From: an uncultured bacterium
GTDB lineage: Bacteria; Omnitrophota; Omnitrophia; Omnitrophales; Abzuiibacteriaceae
Length of the DNA: 64,000 nt
Direction: 5' to 3'
Assembly: GCA_964387845.1 (NCBI GenBank)
Contig: CAYLXA010000003.1
Span: forward strand, 1-64,000
Shown here: positions 58,828 to 64,000 of the stretch, piece after piece
Position numbering within the stretch: position 1 is the stretch's first letter
Layout: each line of letters starts with the position of its first letter
The notes under the pieces: model-generated
The model's input: the letters and a program-made list of their open reading frames with translations, nothing else
The model's database searches: none
Told to the model about the DNA's origin: nothing
Translations under genes and position numbers: made by a program

Positions 58828-60118
58828 ATTCGGACTTTTCTAAATCGCATTTTTTTTCTTTGATATGGTACTCAAATTCCGAACGAAATTTTTTCAAATA
58901 ACTCAAAAGCGGCATTTGAGCGCCGTCTGCAAGCGCGCAGATCGTCGTGCCGCCCATAAAACTCCCGATATCGATCACATTCTCAACATCTGAAGACCGC
59001 CCGTTCCCGTCTAGCACGCGTTTGAAAATCCTGGAAATCCATCCTGTCCCTTCGCGGCACGGTGAACACTGGCCGCAAGATTCGTGCGCGTAAAAATTCA
59101 TAGTGACCGAAAGTGCTTTGACCATGCAGACCGTTTCATCAAACACAACCACGCCGCCTGAGCCGCCCATGGAACCGATTGCTCTCAGAGAATCAAAATC
59201 CATTTTCACGTCAATTTCAGATGGCGCAAGAATTGAAGCGGACAATCCGCCTGGCACAACGGCCTTCAGTTTGTGGCCTTTGCGGACACCGCCGGCATCT
59301 TCAATCAGCTGCCGGAGCGGAATTCCGAGCGGGCGCTCGTAAACACCCGGACGCTCAACGTGGCCGCTCACGCTAAAAAGACGCATGCCGCCGTTCTTAT
59401 CGGAGCCGACATTCGCGAACCACTCGGGGCCTTTTTTCAAAATGAACGGCAAATAAGAAAGTGTTTCGACGTTATTAATTACGGTCGGACAATTAAAAAG
59501 CCCGATCACGGCAGGAAAAGGCGGTTTTAAACGCGGCAATCCTTTTTTTCCTTCCAAAGATTCTAAAAGCCCCGTTTCTTCGCCGCAAATGTAGGCGCCG
59601 GCGCCTCGGTGAACCACTACGTCCAAATCAAACCCGGTTCCAAAAATATTTTTCCCGAGGTAATTTTTAGAAACCGCTTCTTCAACTGCTTTCACCATTC
59701 GTTCATATGAAATTTGATATTCACCGCGGATATAAATGTAAGCTTTGTGAATACCGACCGCATATGCGCAAAGCAAAATTCCTTCAAGCAAAAGATGCGG
59801 CGCAAAATTCATAATATATTTATCTTTGAATGTGCCCGGCTCGCCTTCATCGGCGTTGACCACCAAATAAATCGGCTTTCCGGTATTGCGCGGCACAAAA
59901 CTCCATTTCATGCCGCAGCCAAAACCGGCGCCGCCGAGCCCGCGAAGGTTTGATTTTTTCACGATTGCTTCGACTTCCTCCGGCTTTACTTCTTTCAACA
60001 CACGTTTCGCCGTTTCCCAGCCGCCGTTTTCAAGATAAACCGGCAGTGTGTGAGAATTTTGTATGTCGAAGAACTTTGAAATTAATTTTTCCATTATTGC
60101 CTTAAATTCAAATCTCAA
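58808..60118 (-). CDS. nuoF: NADH-quinone oxidoreductase subunit F
   Basis: GLGGAGFGCGMKW FMN site and a C-terminal 4Fe-4S motif. Confidence 0.9.
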   Translation of the reverse strand: MRFEFKAIMEKLISKFFDIQNSHTLPVYLENGGWETAKRVLKEVKPEEVEAIVKKSNLRGLGGAGFGCGMKWSFVPRNTGKPIYLVVNADEGEPGTFKDKYIMNFAPHLLLEGILLCAYAVGIHKAYIYIRGEYQISYERMVKAVEEAVSKNYLGKNIFGTGFDLDVVVHRGAGAYICGEETGLLESLEGKKGLPRLKPPFPAVIGLFNCPTVINNVETLSYLPFILKKGPEWFANVGSDKNGGMRLFSVSGHVERPGVYERPLGIPLRQLIEDAGGVRKGHKLKAVVPGGLSASILAPSEIDVKMDFDSLRAIGSMGGSGGVVVFDETVCMVKALSVTMNFYAHESCGQCSPCREGTGWISRIFKRVLDGNGRSSDVENVIDIGSFMGGTTICALADGAQMPLLSYLKKFRSEFEYHIKEKKCDLEKSEYANINH

Positions 60119-60168
60119 ATTTCAAATATCAAAACGAGTTTTTGAATTTTGATATTTTAATTTTGAAT

Positions 60169-60648
60169 TTACTTACATTCTCTCAATATTTCATCTACTT
60201 TCTCAACTGTGAGCGGGCCAACATAATCTTTATTCACCATCATCATCGGCGCAATTTCGCAAGCACCGAGACATTCAACCGTCTCGAGCCCGAATTTTCC
60301 GTCCGGCGTTTGCTGGCCAACGTCAACACCGAGCCGTTCTTTCAAATAATGAACAATTTTGTCGGAACCCAGAAGCGAACATGTAAGCGTTCGGCAAACA
60401 CTAAGCTGATTTTTTGCACAAGGCTTTGAATGAAACAGGGTGTAAAACGTCATCACTTCCCTGACATCGACAACGGGAACTTCCAAAAGCACGGCAACTT
60501 CCTGCTCTGCCGCCTGCGAGATAAATCCGTAAGTTTCCTGAACGAGCCGCAAAACGGGCAGCATCGCCGCGCGTTTTTGCGGATAATTCGCAAGAATTTT
60601 TTCAGCTTTCTTTTTGAGTTCAGAGTTTAGTATTTCATTTTGTATCAT
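60169..60648 (-). CDS. nuoE: NADH-quinone oxidoreductase subunit E
   Basis: Thioredoxin-like 2Fe-2S fold with a four-Cys pattern. Confidence 0.8.
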   Translation of the reverse strand: MIQNEILNSELKKKAEKILANYPQKRAAMLPVLRLVQETYGFISQAAEQEVAVLLEVPVVDVREVMTFYTLFHSKPCAKNQLSVCRTLTCSLLGSDKIVHYLKERLGVDVGQQTPDGKFGLETVECLGACEIAPMMMVNKDYVGPLTVEKVDEILRECK

Positions 60649-60663
60649 CGCGATATATCCATT

Positions 60664-60737
60664 GCTGCAAGCTACAGGCTACAAGCTTCAAGCTTAATCA
60701 ATTGAAGCCTGAAGCTTGTGGCTTGCGGCCTGAAGCT
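60664..60737. repeat. Inverted-repeat element, family B (CAAGCTT heptamer arms with an 8-nt loop), between nuoE and nuoD
   Basis: Arms 60664-60694 and 60703-60737. The right arm abuts the nuoD stop codon. Confidence 0.7.
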
Positions 60738-60739
60738 GT

Positions 60740-62074
60740 TTATCGATCAAGCTCTCCGCCGATCATATTGACCGACCCAAATGTGACAATAATGTCCGAC
60801 ACAAGGCCGCCGTTGATCATCAAAGGAAGCGCCGCCATAATCGGAAAGCACGGCGGGCGCACACGCACGCGATAAGGCCTTCCCGTTCCGTCTGAAATCA
60901 CGTAAAACCCGAGTTCGCCGTTGCCGCCCTCGACAGCTTGATAAACTTCACCCTTCGGCGGCCGGATTCCGTGCCCGTCCATAATCAATTTAAAATGCTG
61001 CATCAAACCTTCGATATTGCCGTAGGTGTCTTCTTTCGCGGGAAGTGCGGCGCGTTTCTCCTCGGTCAGAATTTCAGGATAGTAAAGTTTGGTGCTTCCT
61101 TCTAGCGTGGGATCCAAATCCACATACTGTTCCTGAATATTGTAAAGCCGGCCCATTTTGGCATCATCAACCATTGCCGATGCCGGCACTTCGCGCCCTT
61201 CCATATCCACCAACACAGAGCCTCCGGGAATTTTCGAGAATGCCTGCTCGACAATCCGCATGCTTTGCTCAATTTCCTCCATCCGGACCAAATAGCGGTC
61301 GTAATTGTCGCCGACCGTACCGACCGGCACTTCAAAATCAAATTGGTCATAGACCAAATAGGGACAATCCTTCCGGACATCAAAATCTACGCCTGTGGAA
61401 CGCAAAAACGGGCCCGTGATTCCGTAAGCAATCGCATTTTTTTTGGAAATAATGCCGGTTCCTTTCAAGCGATCGACAAAAATCCGGTTCGTAGTTAGGA
61501 GCCCGTGACATTCCTTTAAAACTTTCCGGGTTTCTTCTATGGCCTTGCAAACCGCCGGTTCAAATTCAGGCGGCATATCGGCTTTCACGCCGCCCGGACG
61601 CACGTAAGAAATGGTGAGCCGCGCGCCGGTGATCATTTCGATGGTTTTCCAAACCATCTCACGCGCTTTCACCATGTACAAAAACACTGTGAAAGCCCCG
61701 ATTTCCATCGCACTCGCGCCGACGCAGGTTAAATGATCGCAAACGCGGGAAAGTTCTGAGGTGATGACACGGATAAATTGCGCACGCTCGGGAACTTTAA
61801 GGTCGAACAATTTTTCAATGGCCATGCAATAGCCGGCGTTATTGATTAATGGTGATACATAATTCAGGCGGTCCGTGTAAGGAATCACCTGTAAATAACC
61901 GCTCTGCTCCGAAGATTTTTCGAAAGCTCTGTGAAGATAGCCGATCTCGACTTCGGAGCTCACGACCTTTTCGCCGTCAAGCTCCAAAAGAAGCCGCACG
62001 ATTCCGTGCATCGCCGGATGCGACGGACCCATATTCAGCATCATGGTTTCGGATTTAGTTTGCTTGGTGGTCAA
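60740..62074 (-). CDS. nuoD: NADH-quinone oxidoreductase subunit D
   Basis: 49-kDa subunit blocks. Confidence 0.9.
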   Translation of the reverse strand: MTTKQTKSETMMLNMGPSHPAMHGIVRLLLELDGEKVVSSEVEIGYLHRAFEKSSEQSGYLQVIPYTDRLNYVSPLINNAGYCMAIEKLFDLKVPERAQFIRVITSELSRVCDHLTCVGASAMEIGAFTVFLYMVKAREMVWKTIEMITGARLTISYVRPGGVKADMPPEFEPAVCKAIEETRKVLKECHGLLTTNRIFVDRLKGTGIISKKNAIAYGITGPFLRSTGVDFDVRKDCPYLVYDQFDFEVPVGTVGDNYDRYLVRMEEIEQSMRIVEQAFSKIPGGSVLVDMEGREVPASAMVDDAKMGRLYNIQEQYVDLDPTLEGSTKLYYPEILTEEKRAALPAKEDTYGNIEGLMQHFKLIMDGHGIRPPKGEVYQAVEGGNGELGFYVISDGTGRPYRVRVRPPCFPIMAALPLMINGGLVSDIIVTFGSVNMIGGELDR

Positions 62075-62550
62075 TTTTTGGGCCCAATCAATGGTTGACG
62101 TTTATTTACCGGATAATCTTTGCGCAAAGGATGCCCCACAAATTCGTCATACATTAAAATGCGCTTCAAATCCGGATGGCCTTGAAAACGGATACCGAAC
62201 ATGTCCCACACTTCGCGTTCAAACCAATCCGCAGCAGGCCAGATCGAAGTAACAGACTCAATCGTTAAATCGCTTTCATCGAGACCGGCTTTCACGCGTA
62301 TACGGCGCTTTTTACCGATCGAATAAAGATGATACACAACGTCAAACCTGGGCGCCCGCTCTTGCCAGAGGTAATCAACACCGCACAAATCCATGAGCAT
62401 GTTGAAATCGAGTTCCATGTCGGATTTCAAATAGTACAAAACTTCGTAAACAAATTCCTTTTTAACGACAACGGTATCATCGCCGCGGAAAGAGCTGGTT
62501 TCTAAAACAGCTTTCGGAAAATGTTCTGCGATTTTTTCTAAATTTGACAT
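62071..62550 (-). CDS. nuoC: NADH-quinone oxidoreductase subunit C
   Basis: 30-kDa subunit family. Confidence 0.85.
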   Translation of the reverse strand: MSNLEKIAEHFPKAVLETSSFRGDDTVVVKKEFVYEVLYYLKSDMELDFNMLMDLCGVDYLWQERAPRFDVVYHLYSIGKKRRIRVKAGLDESDLTIESVTSIWPAADWFEREVWDMFGIRFQGHPDLKRILMYDEFVGHPLRKDYPVNKRQPLIGPKN

Positions 62551-62571
62551 GATTTTTTCTTTCGGAGAGAA

Positions 62572-63075
62572 CTAAATACCGACAGGCCTTGATTCCGAAA
62601 CCCTTGCCTCGCCGTTTGCGTCTCTTTGAATCTTGTTTTGTAATTTCATGAGCCCGTCCATCACATTTTCAGGACGCGGCGGACAGCCCGGAATGTACAC
62701 ATCCACCGGGATAATCGTATCAATGCCCATCACTGTCGCGTAATTGTCGTAAAACCCGCCGGTGCAAGTACAAACACCAAACGCCACCACCCATTTAGGC
62801 TCACACATTTGATCATAAATCCGTTTCAAAACCGGCGCCATTTTGTGGCTAATGGTGCCGACTACAAGCAACACATCAGATTGGCGCGGGCTGAATCTTG
62901 GGAACCCGGCACCAAAACGGTCCAGATCGTGATGCGCGCAGGCAACCGACATATATTCAATTCCGCAACAAGCCGTTACAAACGGATATTGAAAGAGCGA
63001 ATACTTCCGAGCCCATCCCAAAATATCATTCAGCTTTGTTGTCACAAATCCGGCGTCAGACTGATTTTCCATCAT
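62572..63075 (-). CDS. nuoB: NADH-quinone oxidoreductase subunit B
   Basis: CCGIEYM and GCPP motifs. Confidence 0.9.
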   Translation of the reverse strand: MMENQSDAGFVTTKLNDILGWARKYSLFQYPFVTACCGIEYMSVACAHHDLDRFGAGFPRFSPRQSDVLLVVGTISHKMAPVLKRIYDQMCEPKWVVAFGVCTCTGGFYDNYATVMGIDTIIPVDVYIPGCPPRPENVMDGLMKLQNKIQRDANGEARVSESRPVGI

Positions 63076-63440
63076 TCCACCTCAAGCGCGCGCTTTTTCC
63101 AGGCATACACATAAGCCAATAAAATAAAGAAAACAAAAATGCTAATGTGAAAAAGCCCTGCAAATCCAAGTTCTTTAAACAAAACCGCCCAGGGAAATAA
63201 AAACATCAGCTCAACATCAAACACGATAAAAATCATCGCGATCAGATAAAAATGAATTTGAAGTTTCCGGTGGCTGGGCGGCGTGAGCGGATCTTTGCCG
63301 CACTCATAAGGAAGGTCTTTCACCGGATTTCGTTTTTTTGGGCCTAGAATCGAGCCCAGAAAAATCATAATCCCTGATAAAGCGAGCGACAAAATAAAGA
63401 TAATAATGATTCCGATATAGTCCTGGAGCATAGAGTGCAA
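63072..63440 (-). CDS. nuoA: NADH-quinone oxidoreductase subunit A
   Basis: Three-TM ND3 family protein. Confidence 0.8.
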   Translation of the reverse strand: MHSMLQDYIGIIIIFILSLALSGIMIFLGSILGPKKRNPVKDLPYECGKDPLTPPSHRKLQIHFYLIAMIFIVFDVELMFLFPWAVLFKELGFAGLFHISIFVFFILLAYVYAWKKRALEVE

Positions 63441-63478
63441 TTATATAAGAAATCGCGAAAAATGCTAAGAGAAAACGG

Positions 63479-63964
63479 TTAATTGAGCATGCCGCGGAGG
63501 CGATTCACGGCGCGGGCGGCAAGAGTGTAATCGGGATTTTCTTTAAGAGAAAGTTGGTAATATTCAAGCGCTTTCACCCAATTTCCCTTCTTTTCGTATA
63601 CTCGGCCCAGATTGTAATGCGGGTAGCAGTAACTTTCATAGCGTTTGGCTTGCGTGGCTTTCATGAGCCATTCGACGGCTTCGTCGTATTTTCCGAGCTC
63701 GATTAGATAGGCGCCGATATCGTTGTAAGGATTTCCAAAATCAGGATCGATCGAAATGGCTTTTTTACATTCCTCGATCGCTTCACTGTGGCGGCCCTGA
63801 AAACTGTAGGACCAGCCCAAAAAAGTATGCGCTTCGGCGGTCGGATAGACTTCAATCGATTTTTGGTAATTCAAAATCGCCTCCTCGACCTTGCCTTCCA
63901 TTTGGAGCTTATAGCCTTTTTCGAAAAGCTCCTGCGCAATTTCGCGTTCCGGTTTCCATTCCAT
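63479..63964 (-). CDS. TPR-repeat protein
   Basis: Four TPR units. Confidence 0.6.
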   Translation of the reverse strand: MEWKPEREIAQELFEKGYKLQMEGKVEEAILNYQKSIEVYPTAEAHTFLGWSYSFQGRHSEAIEECKKAISIDPDFGNPYNDIGAYLIELGKYDEAVEWLMKATQAKRYESYCYPHYNLGRVYEKKGNWVKALEYYQLSLKENPDYTLAARAVNRLRGMLN

Positions 63965-63965
63965 A

Positions 63966-64000
63966 GTCAGCGTACAGCGGACAGCGTATAGCGTTCAGGA
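63966..64000. repeat. Left arm of a family-C-like heptamer element (CAGCGTA CAGCGGA CAGCGTA TAGCGTT), truncated by the window end
   Basis: Read directly. Confidence 0.5.

Overview
The window is a 64 kb bacterial chromosomal segment, roughly 45% GC, with Gram-negative features (Omp85-like barrel, secretin, complex I). It is mostly housekeeping genes interspersed with several accessory islands, described below in coordinate order. (1) A 5'-truncated gene for a giant secreted protein of at least 1939 aa, built from Cys-rich repeats. (2) A small PilZ locus. (3) An FNR-thioredoxin-LacD-family aldolase-AKR operon. (4) A ClpB-Hsp20-Hsp20 heat-shock operon. (5) An AmmeMemoRadiSam radical SAM gene, queG, and an Omp85-like/secreted-protein operon. 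(6) A complete type IVa pilus operon, pilMN-O-P-Q-B-C-A. (7) glmS. (8) A TPR-MerR-FliA operon followed by flgM, which has a textbook sigma-28 promoter. (9) accA, an L,D-transpeptidase gene, and comM. (10) An Arn-like aminosugar lipid-carrier glycosylation cluster (DegT, GNAT, GT2 and GT-C genes). (11) nuoA-I. The most unusual feature is a set of intergenic inverted-repeat elements whose arms are tandem arrays of degenerate heptamers with palindromic cores (TTCGAA, AAGCTT, (T/C)AGCG and CAGAA/TTCTG types). Two copies of about 457 bp each carry a four-helix-bundle gene (23S rRNA IVS protein/Avd-like family) in their loop and sit inside the pilus operon, on either side of pilC. 'Empty' copies sit inside or between other operons, including nuoD/nuoE, FNR/trxA and ADH/lipoprotein. 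A second conserved palindromic element lies 40 nt upstream of two unrelated genes. No rRNA, tRNA or CRISPR array was recognised.
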